Source: the human T2T-CHM13v2.0 reference genome, Homo sapiens
Reading direction: 5' to 3' (one strand)
Length of the DNA: 64,000 nt
Assembly: GCF_009914755.1 (NCBI RefSeq)
Contig: NC_060925.1
A program made the position numbers and the translations under genes. The notes under the pieces were generated by a model. That model made no database searches and had not been told where the DNA came from. It was given only the letters and a program-made list of their open reading frames with translations. Positions within the stretch are counted from its first letter, which is position 1. The number at the start of each line of letters is the position of its first letter. This document shows positions 29,602 to 44,540 of this stretch, piece after piece.

Positions 29602-29818
29602 GAAAATGTGGTCTGGCTAAAGCATAATGTGTGACACAGAGATGGAAGACGTAATAAACTCCAAATTTTGAAGGCCTTTGAATGCCATTTTAAAAAGTCT
29701 GAACTTAGTCCTAACAGCAATGAGGAGCCATTGAAGTGCTTAAAGCAAATGAGTGATGTACTCCTGTTTGTGTCAAGGAAAACAGCTCAGTCTGCCAGAG
29801 TATGAAGAGTAGACTGGG

Positions 29819-30234
<416 letters not shown>

Positions 30235-30548
30235 CTAATGAATAAGGGGTGATAATAACAGAGAAATTCTAGAGGCATTCATTTTCTCCTTCATCATTAG
30301 TATTACCCTCATTTATTTACAGTTATGCCCACTAAGACTTACCCCTCAGATGCCTTTGCGATGCACTTCCTAAAACAGTTATGCCAGTCCTGGACTGTTG
30401 TCCTGAATATTATTTGTTAGGTTAAAATAAATAAATCTTTTTACCAATATGCATGCAATGCAATGCAATTATTGAGAGACAGAACTGACAGAATTTAGTA
30501 GATGTAGGATGGAGACTTACTTTGCAGAATTTTTGTAAGGATTTAGCA

Positions 30549-30893
30549 GAGGGGACCCCACCCTCCGGGCCACTGACCAGTACTGGTCCATAGCTGGTTA
30601 GGAACCCAGTCACATAGGATGAGGCAATTGGCAGGTGAGCAAGCATTACCGCCTGAGCTCTGCCTCCTGTCAGATCAGTGGCGGCACTAGATTCTCATAG
30701 GAGCATGAACCCTATTGTGAACTGTGCATGCGAGGGATCTAGGTTGCACACTCCTTATGCAAATCTAACTAATGCCAGATGATCTGAGGGGGAACAGTTT
30801 CATCCCAGAACCATCCCCCACCACCAACACATCCGTGGAAAAATTGTCTTCCACGAAACCAGTCCTTGGTGCCAAAAAGGTTGGGGACTGTTG
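30549..30893. mobile_element. MER1B hAT-Charlie MITE
   Basis: gcattaccgcctgagctctgcctcctgtcagatcag...gtgccaaaaaggttggggactg; 8-bp TSD atttagca/atttagtg. Confidence 0.9.
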
Positions 30894-33451
30894 ATTTAGT
30901 GTATCGAGTACCTAACAATGTCCAAAATAGAAGTAAGCGATAGGTGTTAATTCCCTTCTTCTCTCTTCCTGTTCCTGATTAGGAGTAAGTATCCTAAGGT
31001 CAGAAACCACAAATTCTAGTTTTCTTTGAAAGCTATCTAAACTTAAACAGTATACACACAAAGAATTGGATACTTGGTTGTGGCTGATAGACTAGCAATT
31101 TTAATCAATGTTTAAACATGATTTAGACATAGGGAAAGCAATGTTGTAGCAAATGTTTTCAGACACACACATAAATTACAGATGGATTATTCAGGCTAAT
31201 GCAGCTACAGAAGATAATTGTACCAGGTGGGCTTTATTCTGTGAGATATTTAGCTCTTCCAGCAATTTGATCAGTTTTGACTCAGAGTCACACTGAAAGC
31301 TGAAACAAATTTTATTTTTGAAGATTTTATTCTGATTAGATAACAAGTGGGTAATATCTGACCATTGAAGAGAAAGTACAAAGTAGAAAGCAAACACAGA
31401 GCACAGAGAAATAGCAAAATAATAAACTATATTACCTTCTCTCAATGCAGTTATGTATGCAGTTTTATGTAAAGAAGAATAAAGATTGCTTTTGTAAATT
31501 TGTCCTAATCTTCTTTCTGTCTGCTGAGGATAAAGTGTAATTAAAGCAAAAATCAACTAAAAGGTAGTTATAAATATGATCTCAACTCTGTTGCAAAAGC
31601 AACTGCTTATCTGTGTGCATATTAAAGAAATCCACGTAAAGAGAGGACTGGCAGGAAACGCACAGGAAGTGACCAGATATTCTCATGGAATGATATACTT
31701 TCGTGTGATTTGCTATGTTTCTAAATTTCCTGTGATGGCATGTATTACTTTTACAATCGGGAAAAAAAATCAACTTACTACGAAATTTTTATGCAGCATT
31801 CCTTTGATTTGACAAACAGAGTTGTTTATGGGTTTTTAGTCTTGGCAAATAATTAGAGTGGATCCCATCACTGTTGACATTTATCCCCTCTTCACAAGAA
31901 TACACAGAAGGGGAGAAAATATTATATTTCCTATACAAAGTGTGGACAAAAGAATACAGTTAAGAGAACTAGAACAAAACCATAGAGTAGGAAAGCAGCC
32001 AACAATATTAGCTTTGCGAATTTATCTTAATAAACCAATGAATGCTTTGAGTTTGAACCTGTAAAATTATTTACTGTTTGCAAATCCATTGCTTACAATA
32101 AAACAGAATTATAATGTAAAAAAAATGTGATGAACAGGGTTTATGCACTGTCTTACTACACTAAGTGGCATATGAATGCTCTTCAGTAACTGCAGCAACC
32201 TAGTCAACTATAAGTAAAGCATACTCTGATGCCCTCAAACCAAAATTCATTCATCTTACTTGGATGAGCAATTCTGTTCAGTGAAGCTTGACCCCTTACT
32301 GTTAACTAATTATATTTTCCAAAGAAAAACACATTCACTGAAAAAAATAAGTCGTCCTCTGCAAAGAAATAAGATCTTCCAAGCACATCTGGTAAGATGT
32401 ATTTTACTTTTATTTTCTTAATCTTTGGGTACAAAGATTTGACACATTATTTCAAAAGAATACAACTACTTATCCAGTGGGAATAAATTCAACAAACATT
32501 AATTGACGAGCAGAGTACTGGCTTTAAAGAAATAAACTAAGTAAATTTTTTTCCCTTGGGTAATAAAATAAGAATAAAAGAAGAGACATTGGGTTAAGAA
32601 CCCTTAGGGCAAAATAAAAACGCAATTAGTTTCTCAAAAACTTGCTTTTGACGTCTCAAAAAAAGGCATGCTAGGGAAATGAGCTAAGAAAGCACATTGT
32701 TATTTGTACGTGATAGTGTGACATCCTTGCCGTGTTGAAGGTAAGACCATCTAAAGGTCAAGACAGTACACAGAGACTATAAAAACAAAATTGAAATAAA
32801 AAGCAGGATAATAAAATGAAAGGAAAAGTAGAAACTGCCAGAAAGAAGCAGAAGCAGCACAACTGTCAAGGAGACAGTGTAAATTCAGATGCCATCAAGC
32901 TTTACCACAAAGAGATAAAGAAAAAGGCCAATTTTGATGACAAATGACAAAGTGTAACATCCCAAGAGAAATGGGGAAGAGAGAGGTGATATGTCCTCCT
33001 GTGAACATTTGAATAGTTCTCAGATACACTTAGTTTGAGCAGAATTATGTGATTGCTGAATTCTTTCCTCTCTGCTTGGCAAAAATGATGGAAGTCTTGT
33101 CTCCAATTTTAACCCTATTTGCCTTTCTGCAACAATATGGTAGGTTGTTTACATGCGGGGTGGGGAAAGGGAAACTAAGAGTAAAAACCAACCATTTGTT
33201 ACTTTGCAAAATGGAAATGTAACTCTGAAGATTAAGCAATCTTGACTGCTATCAAAATTAATTCCTGAACACTATGAAAAAGGAAAAAATGCATAGAAAT
33301 TGATATTTTAAACATTAAATATTCAGCAGTTTCTCTTATTTGGCAAAATCTTTTTGAAGCAAAGCTGATCTCATTTTGGTTTAGATCACACCAAAGAATT
33401 TCCACCAAAAATGACTGAATTATTGCTATTTACAAAAATGGTTTTCATTCT

Positions 33452-34996
<1,545 letters not shown>

Positions 34997-35314
34997 GACA
35001 TTAAACCAAGAATGGCAAAATGACATAAAACCAACAAATATTTAAAAGACAAATAAGAATTCTGTGTTTGTTATTTATAGTACACATCTGAAGTATGAAA
35101 GTCATAAGTCTGGTGTAGATGACACAAAGATTTTGTGACTTGAATGTGTACCTCCAGGGTAAAAAAGCATTGATTCTATCCTAAGGAGGACTTACTTGGG
35201 CAAAAGACAAAGAGAAAACTGTTTTCTCTTCAGTACACTCTTTTTCTATTTCAATGCCCTCCCGTTTACCTAAATTTCCGTCTTGCTTATAGGTCCTTGT
35301 TAACTCTTTCTCCA

Positions 35315-36550
35315 AAGGTATTAAGTTCAATAAACATTTATTGAGCAACTTCAATGTACAACACACAATGTACAAAGGTCCCAGTCCTTACAAACCTGTC
35401 AGTCTAAACAAGATGACAATCATGTTGAAAATTAAGTGACATGACAAGGTAGAAACAAAATACTTTGCAGTGTTTGAAACATAAGCATTTAATGAGACAA
35501 ATCATGGGGTGGCTAGAGGGAGGAAGCACTTCAAAAGAGTCTTGAAGAATGAGTAGGATCTCAGAACAGGATGAAAAGTCAAGAACTCTACCAAGCAGAG
35601 ATGCAAAGACCCAGGAACTTGAAAACATGTTTGGTGAACCCACATGGCTGCAGTAAAAGGCATATGGCTAAGTATATTAGGATCTGAGGCTGAAGAGGCG
35701 ATTGAGGCCTTATCATGGGGTGCTGTAAATTCTTTGCTTAGGAGTTTGAATGTTATTCTTCAGGCAATGGAAAGCCACTGGAAATTTTTGAAGAAGGATG
35801 CTTCATTGTGTCTCAAATTCTTCTTTAAGTCTCCAGGAACTCATAGACAAAAAATGAACCAATGAGGATATTATATAAATAATCCAGACAATAAATGACA
35901 AGGCGCTGTGGTACTGAACACAGAGCAAGAATACCAAAAAAGAGAACTAACAGAATTTAGTAATGGATTGTCGGAGCAGAAACAGGAGGAGTTGAGGATG
36001 ATTTCCAAACATCCAGCCTGCCTGACTGAGAATGTGGTGTCACTGAAAGAAATGCAGAACCATCTTAGTCTATTCAGGCTGTTATAACAAAATACCGTAA
36101 ACTGGGTGCCTTAAACAAGAAACATTTATTTTTTACAGTTTTGGAGGCTGGGAAATCCAAGATCAAGGTGCTGCCAATTTGGTTCCTGGTAAGGGCCTAA
36201 TTTTGGGCCCCCAGATAGTCATCTTCTTGCTATGTCTTTACATGGAAGCTAGAAAGAGAAAGAGCCCTGGTCTCTTTTTATAAGAGCATTAATTCCATCC
36301 TGAGGACCCCACCCACATGACCTCATCTAAATCTTATTACCTGCCAAAGGCCTTGTCTTTGAATACCATCAAATGGTGGGTTAGCGCTTCAATATATGAA
36401 TTTTAGAGAGACACAATTCAGTCAATAGCAGGAACCCAGAAGGAGAAGGATTGGAATGGAAGATGAAGGGCTTAGTTTGGACACATTGAGTTTGTGGTTT
36501 CTTCTGATTACTCAAGTGGCTATATCTAGCTGGTAGCTTGGAGATAAGGA
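35315..36550 (-). mobile_element. L2 relic interrupted by MLT1A0
   Basis: ttcaataaacatttattgagc 3' end; ggagtttgaatgttattcttcaggcaatggaaagccactggaa; ttagtttggacacattgagttt. Confidence 0.65.
36061..36430 (-). mobile_element. MLT1A/MLT1A0 solo LTR
   Basis: tcttagtctattcaggctgttataacaaaatacc...gacacaattcagtcaatagca; TSD agaac/ggaac. Confidence 0.85.
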
Positions 36551-36739
36551 GTAAACAATTTTAAAAGGAAATCAGAGTTCAAGTGTTACGCCTTCCTGGG
36601 TATATAAATTTTGGTAGACATTTCTTAGAACCGAAAACCTCATTACCCAAAGGATTAAATATCTAATGGGAGTGGCTACCTACACTGTCTACGTGGTATT
36701 ATTTGAAAAAGATAAATTCATCCTTACTCATTAGAAAGA

Positions 36740-36975
36740 AAAGTGTGAGGGCTCAGGAGTCAAATTGTTTGGATTGAAATCCTTGCTGTTCTTATTACCA
36801 TCTGCATGACATTACATAAGCTACTGAAACTCTTAGTGCCTTAATTTCTTCATGTGTAAAATGAGCATAGTAATAATACCTTTCTTACACAGTTGTTGGA
36901 AAAATTAAAAGAATTAATATGTGTAATGGATTGAGACAGTACATACTAGTTCCTCAACAAATGTTAACTATTGTT
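36740..36975 (+). mobile_element. MIR
   Basis: gtgccttaatttcttcatgtgtaaaatgagcatagtaata core. Confidence 0.6.
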
Positions 36976-37479
36976 TCACAAAATTATGTTTCTGATACTC
37001 TCCTAAAATCTGAAATTCCACCATTATAATTTTTCCTTTGGTTCTAAGAAGATTTTCATCAAGTATTTTCTACCTAAATCCATAAATCTATCTCTGGTTT
37101 TATGAACTGAATCTGCTTTGATGTATTTATATATCTTTAAATATAGGCCAATTTTCCCAGAATAAATGAATCTTTGTGAGCATATTATGCTAAATAATTT
37201 AGAATTGAGAGGAAAGAATTCTAATTCATTAAAAAAAAAATTTACTACTTTTACCTTGAGAGTCATGTAGTAGATATCCTCCCTAAACAGAAGAGAAACA
37301 TATTACAAGGCCTAATAGCAGCAATAAGTTTAGACATCTTGCTGGAGGTCATTGTACAGGGTGAGCAGAAATTCATTACCAAGTCCAAATGGCTTATGCT
37401 GAATCTGGTTAGGCCCAACCTTGACAATTGTTTGTCATTTGGTTCGTATACAATAACAAGTACCATTTCTTGAATAATT

Positions 37480-37700
37480 ATTTTGGTCCAGAAATTTATA
37501 CACGTTGTCTGTTGTAATCTTTCCATCTGCCCAATGAGACTATTATTATCATCGTCATTTTCCCAGATGAGGAAACCAAGGCTCTGAGAGCTCATTACTT
37601 GTCCCAAGTCACACTGTTGATAAGTAGCAGAACCAGGGTTTAAGCTCCCTGTGCCTGGCCTGACACCAAAATCCTTGCTTTTAACCACCAAACCTTCCTG
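37480..37700 (-). mobile_element. MIR
   Basis: cattttcccagatgaggaaaccaaggctctgagag...cttgtcccaagtcacac core. Confidence 0.7.
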
Positions 37701-38213
37701 CCTTTCCTTTTGAAGAAGCACCAGCAGACACTGTATTTATGAATTAAAAATAACTTTCAGTTATCCATGACAATGAGTTCAAGAGAATATTATAGAATTT
37801 TGGAGCTGAGATGGATTTTAGGGATCAGCCAGGTCAGAGCCCTCATTTTCACAATTATAGGGATCAGAAGTCTTCACTGAAGAGTAATTTAGAAAATATC
37901 CAGTACAATCCCTTTATTTTACAGATGAAGGAACTGGAATCTGTGATTTGTCCACAGTCACATTCTAGTCAATAGCACAGTTATATAACCATGGCCGATA
38001 TTCTTTCCATTCTCTATCTAGTAATATTTCCATAACACACAAGTACTCCATCCCCTCTGGGCACAGTACTCCAGAGGCAGATTCCATTTGCCCTTGTGCT
38101 AGGTGGCCTAAAACCACATGGGGAAAGCAAAACTAAATTAAAACCTAGGTAGTCAACCAGGGCCCACACTGGCTTTGAAGCAATACAGATAACAACTAAA
38201 TAAATAATCCTAA

Positions 38214-39419
38214 TGTTACAGGATCTTTGGGGTGTTGCTTTTCTCACCGGAAACCTCTGCAGCCAGTGGCATCTTTGCCCAAGTTCATGTCCTGTGTCCA
38301 GGAAGAATGAGGTATGCAGACAAGTGGAGGGTGAGCAAGACAAAGAGGAGCTTTATTGAGTATTAGAACAGCTCAGAGGAGACCCACGGTGGGTAACTCC
38401 TCTCTGCAGGCAGGTCATTCTGTCCAGTGTTCAGCTCTCAGCAGAGAGGAGGCCCTGGATTTGGTGGCTCCTCTCTGCAGCTGGTAGTCCCAGTGCCTCT
38501 GCAGGTCTCTGAAGCTCTCAGCAGAGAAGGTAGTTCCTCTCTGCAGCTGATCATCCCAGCTCTTAGAAGAGAAGGTAGCTCCTCTCTGCAGCTGGTCATC
38601 CTGTGGTCTCCATCCTCTGCCCTGCTCTGGCTGAGACCAGGGCTTTTATGGGCCTCAGAGGGAAGGAAGTGCATGCCGATTGGTCCATAGGCAGCCATGG
38701 GCTGCTGGAAAAGGCACCACAAGTCCCCACTCTGGACAGTGGAATAGCAGCCCAACCCCCAGCCTTCAAGACCTCCCTGGCCTGAAGGTGGGGCCTTACT
38801 GGGACCACCCCCTCTGCCCAGGAATCTGTCTGCCTCCCACAGATGTTCATGACACCCAGGCTCCCCCTGTCTTTGCTGTGAGATCCCAGCAGGCACCCAC
38901 AGGAGGGAGAAGTTAGGCAGTGGGAAGAGGCACTTCTGAGCATCCAAAGGCATTGGGGCCTTCCCGGGCTCCAAAGAGTGCAGAGATACCTGAGCCTGCA
39001 GCCATGTGGGCAGCTGTAGCTGCGCCCAGGTCAGGCTGCTTCCTGCTCCCTGGAGCAGGAAGCCCAGGTCTACAGCTATAGTTTGGGTGGCTGCAGCTGC
39101 ACCCAGGAGGGCAGGAATCCTGCCTGTTCCCAGTCCCAAGAGCACAGGGAGGCTTGGCTATGCAGCCACAACTTGGGTGGCCACAGCCCCACCCAGGAGG
39201 GCAGGGTCTTCTGCCTGCTCTGTGGAGCAGGAGGCCCAGGTCTGCAGCCATGGTTTGGGCAACTGCAGTGGCACCCAGGGAGCTTGCTCCCCAAGTCAGA
39301 AAAGGTGGGTCTCCAGCTTGTTCCCGGCTCCTGTGGGCTCCATGGAGCCTGCTGTCCCTGTAGTGTCTCCCTGCTGCAGCCAGCCAGCAGCAGGCCGTCT
39401 GGAGCAGTTGCTGCCATCA
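38214..39419 (-). mobile_element. MER52-family (ERV1) solo LTR
   Basis: tgttacaggatctttggggtgt...ggagcagttgctgccatca; GC-rich with internal ctcctctctgcagctgg repeats; TSD ctaa/ttaa. Confidence 0.8.
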
Positions 39420-39490
39420 TTAATCTAAGAACTAGTAAAATTGTAATTAAAACATCAAGGGACCCCGAAGAGGTTTAAAACAGGTGAGAT

Positions 39491-39860
<370 letters not shown>

Positions 39861-42425
39861 TTATTGCAGTATATAACACTCTGGATATAAATGATTCAGA
39901 ATTCATTTTTAAATACCAGAACCAAAATATCACCTCCTCCCAAAATATTGATGGTTCAGTAACAAATAGCACTATTTACCATAATTCTAAAGCCCAGCAT
40001 TGCCATCACCTCAAGCACCCTCAGCACAATTCCCAAGGTGTCCCTGACTTGGCCTCCAGCTCTCTCTTCAGCTTCAATTTTTATCACTCTTTTTTACTCT
40101 CATCACTCAGTGATATTGAGATACATATAATTCCTGGGTATGTCACACTATTCTTACTCATGCTATACCCTGTCTAGAATGCTCATTTCACATCCACCTC
40201 TTTATTCTCCTAATGCTACTCATCTTTCAAGGTCCACTTTGGACATCATCTCTTTGTAAAATCTTGCAGGGACATGTCTTCCAGGCTGGCCTGGAATGCC
40301 ATCATAGGATATATTATACCACAAAGTCACCATTGGTTCATTTTTCTGCCTTAGGCCTTGAGATCTAGAACTCTGTTTCATTCTGCTTTCTCCCTCCAAC
40401 ACCTAATAGTATATGGCATGTGACTGCATGTAAAAAAACGAAAGTGTGTCCAACTGGTTAACTGACTTCTCAATACTCAAATAAACATTCATGAGTGATT
40501 AATATGTAAAACAACACCCTCAAATGTTCTGCTCCTCTCAAGTGTGCTGGCACTTGTTATTTAAAGATCTATTTAAAGGGCCGTGTCTAGACTGGCCAAA
40601 GAAGGTAAGAACAAAAAAGACTAAATGTAATTCCTCCCAAGAAACGTGATCTGTTTTAAAAACAGTCCTATGGACCAGTCCCAGGACAGCAAAGTAGAAT
40701 AGAGCATCTTCTCATGAATCACCTCACTAAGATGATTACCTCTGAAGGGCACGGAAGGAAGTTTATTGGAAATGAAAACCCTGGAAAATGAGAAGCAGAA
40801 GAATTATGTAGACATGGCTAAACAAGCAAAGAATGCTGAATACTAAAGAGTTAATTTGAGTTTGGCATTAAAACATAGATAGTCCATGCTTCTGAAAGAA
40901 TAAATGTGATCAAAGGGATTAAAAGAAAGATGATTTGGGCAGAAAAATCTTGAAGACATTAAATTAGAAATTTCATTTGTTCAGACTGTACCATATTTTC
41001 TTTGAGAATGTAAGTTCCTAACCCCATAACTGTTTTTATTGAACACCCACAGCAAATGAGGCTTTGTTCAGCTGTGTCTAACAAAACACCAGTGTAAATC
41101 ATTCAGCAAGCATGGCCAAAGGATCATCATACCAGCAATTAATCGGGCTTTCCTTTCATTCTCCTTTCTAAGGGTTAAAATGTTGGAAGCATTATATCTA
41201 ATAAATTTAAACCCGACATACATATGCTAGGTCCAGAAGAATCTATTATAAAACATAAAACATGCCCCAAATAAAACTGTTTGGCCCTTTGCAGTATTTT
41301 CTGAAGCATCTGCGAACACATGCAATCTAATAATAGGGTATAAAAAAACCAATTGTTATCAATCTTAAAAGAACACAAAGTCAACTGCTCTATAAGCTTG
41401 AACAGAAAAAAAGAGGTCGATTTATTGTACAAACTTTAATTTAGCAAAACCTCATTGCAGCCTCCTGCTCAATATCCAGTAAACTAAAAAAAAAAAAAAG
41501 CATTACTTTTAATAAGAAGATGAATACCTTCAAAAAGGGCTATGTCAACAATCAAATAAAGACCTATATAAATGTAGTATTTGTTGGAGCTAACAGAAAT
41601 ATTGATAAAGGAACCTCTAATAAGAACTACAAAATTGAGAGCTAAGAGTTAGAATGCTTAAAAAAGCATAAGCATAAAAGAATGCTTATGATTTCTGATT
41701 TTGGGGGGATAATATAACAAGTCAAGAAATTCTGATTCACTTTAATATTTTTGAAAACTTTTTTGTGTGTCTGATAGCACTGTCATTCAGGGTTTATTTC
41801 TTCACTCTAAAACCTAACATTTTGGAGCACCTACTATATGCCAGGAATTGGATGAATACAACCAAAGACATGCTCTCCAGGAGCTCAAACCCTAATAGTG
41901 AAACTGATATGTAAATAACTACAAAACTGAGGGACCATTTTGACGAAAAGGTGTTGGCCAAGAAAGAGATCATTTCTCCCCAATGGCATTCTGGAGGAGC
42001 CGATAACTAACGAATGACTTTAGATAGGAAAGAAGGGGATGGGCCCTCCTAAAAGTGGAAACAAATACTGTATATCACAACTAGATTATCAACTCATTGA
42101 GGGCAGAACCCATCTTTTACTTCTTTATATAATTTATATTGCATAGTATATTTTTAATGATGATATCATAGATAGTTCTGCCTTGCCAAGCTTAGGTGAC
42201 TTGAAATTTGGAAAACTGGCGGCTTCAAATGAAAAAGAAATAAATGAGAAAGTAAGAAATTAAATGTTTACAAAGTTAAAAAGTCATTAATATGTCTTAA
42301 TAAGAAAAAAAATCAGTCAGAAGTAACCACAGGGGTTGACGGAAATAATTTTGAACCCAAATAGATACTCTTTTTCCAATTTCACAGATTCATGTGCCTC
42401 ATAACTCACAGTCATTAACTACTAG

Positions 42426-43167
42426 TGTGTCCGGAATTGGTTCCTTCCGGTGGGTTCTTGGTCTCTCTGACTTCAAGAACGAAGCCATGGACCCTCGTGG
42501 TGAGTGTTACAGTTCTTAAAGATGGTGTGTCCGGAGTTTGTTCCTTCAGATGTTCAGACGTGTCCACAGTTTCTTCCTTCCATTGGGTTCATGGGCTCGC
42601 TTGACTTCAGGAGTGAAGCCACAGACCTTCGCAGCAACTGTTACAGCTCTTAAAGGTGGCACGTCCTAAGTTGTTTGTTCTTCCCAGTGGGTTTGTGGTC
42701 TCGCTGACTTCAGGAGTGAAGCCGCAGACCCTCGCAGTGAGTGCCACAGCTCACAAAGGCAGCGCAGACCCAAAGAGTGAGCAGCAGCAAGATTTATTGT
42801 GAAGAGACAAAGAACTAAGTTTCCACAATGTGGGAACGGACCCGGCTTCCGGCTGCTGGCTCAGGTGGCCAGCTTTTATTCCCTTATTTGGCCCTGCCCA
42901 CATCCTGCTGACTGGTCCATTTTACAGAGCACTGATTGGTCCATTTTATAGACTGCTGATTGGTCCATTTTTACAGAGTGCTGATTGGTGTGTTTACAAA
43001 CCTTTAACTAGACACAGAGTGCCGATTGGTGCATTTTTACTAGACACAGAGCGCCAATTGCTGCATTTTTACTGAGTGCTGATTGGTGCGTTTACAAACC
43101 TTTAGCTAGACAGAAAAGTTCTCCAAGTCCCCACCTGACCCAGAAGCCCAGCTGGCTTCACCTCTCA
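42426..43167 (-). mobile_element. LTR12-family (ERV9) solo LTR, short type
   Basis: Reverse complement begins TGAGAGGTGAAGCCAGCTGG; repeated gctgattggt (CCAAT) units; perfect TSD ctag (42422-42425, 43168-43171). Confidence 0.95.
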
Positions 43168-43624
43168 CTAGTAACAGTCAAGCTCTGCGTTTTACAAACC
43201 CACAATATGAAAGGGAGTTCTTATGGTGAATACCAGAAGGTTTTGGCTTATATTTGGCTATAAGGAAAAGAAATATAGGGCTTAAAATAATTTTAACCTT
43301 AGGCCAATGGAGAGATTTAAGGCTTTACAATTAAAGAAAAAGAAAAAAAAAGAGAGAAAGAAAAAATGAAGTAAAAATAGAAGAAAAGGGGATAAGAAAA
43401 AGGAAAGAGGGAAGAGCAAGAAAAGAGTATTGTGGGAAATACTAAAAAGGCACAGATAGTCTGTCACTAGAATCCAGACTACCACAAAAATTCCAGATCA
43501 GAAAAATCTCTGCACAATATCACCACTAATCACTAAAGATTTAGGTAGTAATTGTATGTCAAAATGTATGGAAATTCATACAAAGTGCACCTTAGTCTTT
43601 AAGAAATAGAAATTTTCTCTTCTT

Positions 43625-44540
43625 TAACAAACATGGGAGTGCAGATGTACCTCTTCTACATACTGATTTCATTTCCACTGAATATATATCCAGAAGTTGG
43701 ATTGTTGGGTCATATGGTAGTTCTATTTTTAATTTTTTGAGAAACCTCCATACTTTCATCATACTTGCTATAGGAATTTACATTCCCACCAACAATGTGT
43801 GAATTCCTCTTTCTCCATGTCCTCACCAGCATTTCTTATTTTTTATCTTTTTAATAATAGCCATTTTAACTAGGGTGAGGTAATGTTTTATGTGGTACTG
43901 ATTTGTATTTCCCTGATGATGAGTGATGTTTATTCCTATGCTAATCACAATAGCCAAGATGTAGAATAAACCTAAGTATCCATCAACAAATGAATGGATA
44001 TTTTAAAATTATATATACATATGTATATACACAATGGAATACTATTGAACCATGAAAAAGAATGAAATTCTGCATTTGCAACAATGTGGATGAACCTTGA
44101 GAACATTTTGTTAAATGAAATAAGCCAAGCACAGAAGCACAATACCATGTGATCTCACTCCTATGTGGAATCTTAAAAAGTTGATCTTATAGAAATAGAG
44201 GGTAGACTAGTGGTTACCAGAGGCTTGGAAGAGTGAAGGGGAGATGGGGAGAGGTTGGTCTACAGGTACAAAGTTATGGTTAGACAAGAGGAATAAGTTC
44301 TGGCATTCTAATACACAGTAGAGTGACAATAGTTAACAATAATGTATTATATACTTCAAAATAGCTAGAAGACAGGATTTTGAATGCACCCACCACAAAG
44401 AAATGACAAGTGTTTGAGGTGATGGATATGCTATTTGCCATGATTTGGTCATTACACAATGTATACATATATGCAAACATCACACTATACCCCATAAATA
44501 GGTACAATTATTATGTGACAATTAAGAACAAAACTTTAAA
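43625..44540 (+). mobile_element. L1MA 3' end with inverted 5' segment (~43625-43930 antisense, ~43935-44540 sense)
   Basis: Antisense ORF2-end motifs (gggtcatatggtagttctatttttaattttttgagaaacctccatact) followed by sense cacaatagccaagat...ggtgatggatatgcta...taccccataaata. Confidence 0.85.

Noticed and set aside
37263-37721. 152-aa minus-strand ORF
   Set aside because: N-terminal half is MIR-derived; no protein-family signal.
38427-39478. 235-aa ORF, the longest in the window, and overlapping ORFs
   Set aside because: Essentially confined to the GC-rich MER52 LTR; no recognisable domain; open on both strands.
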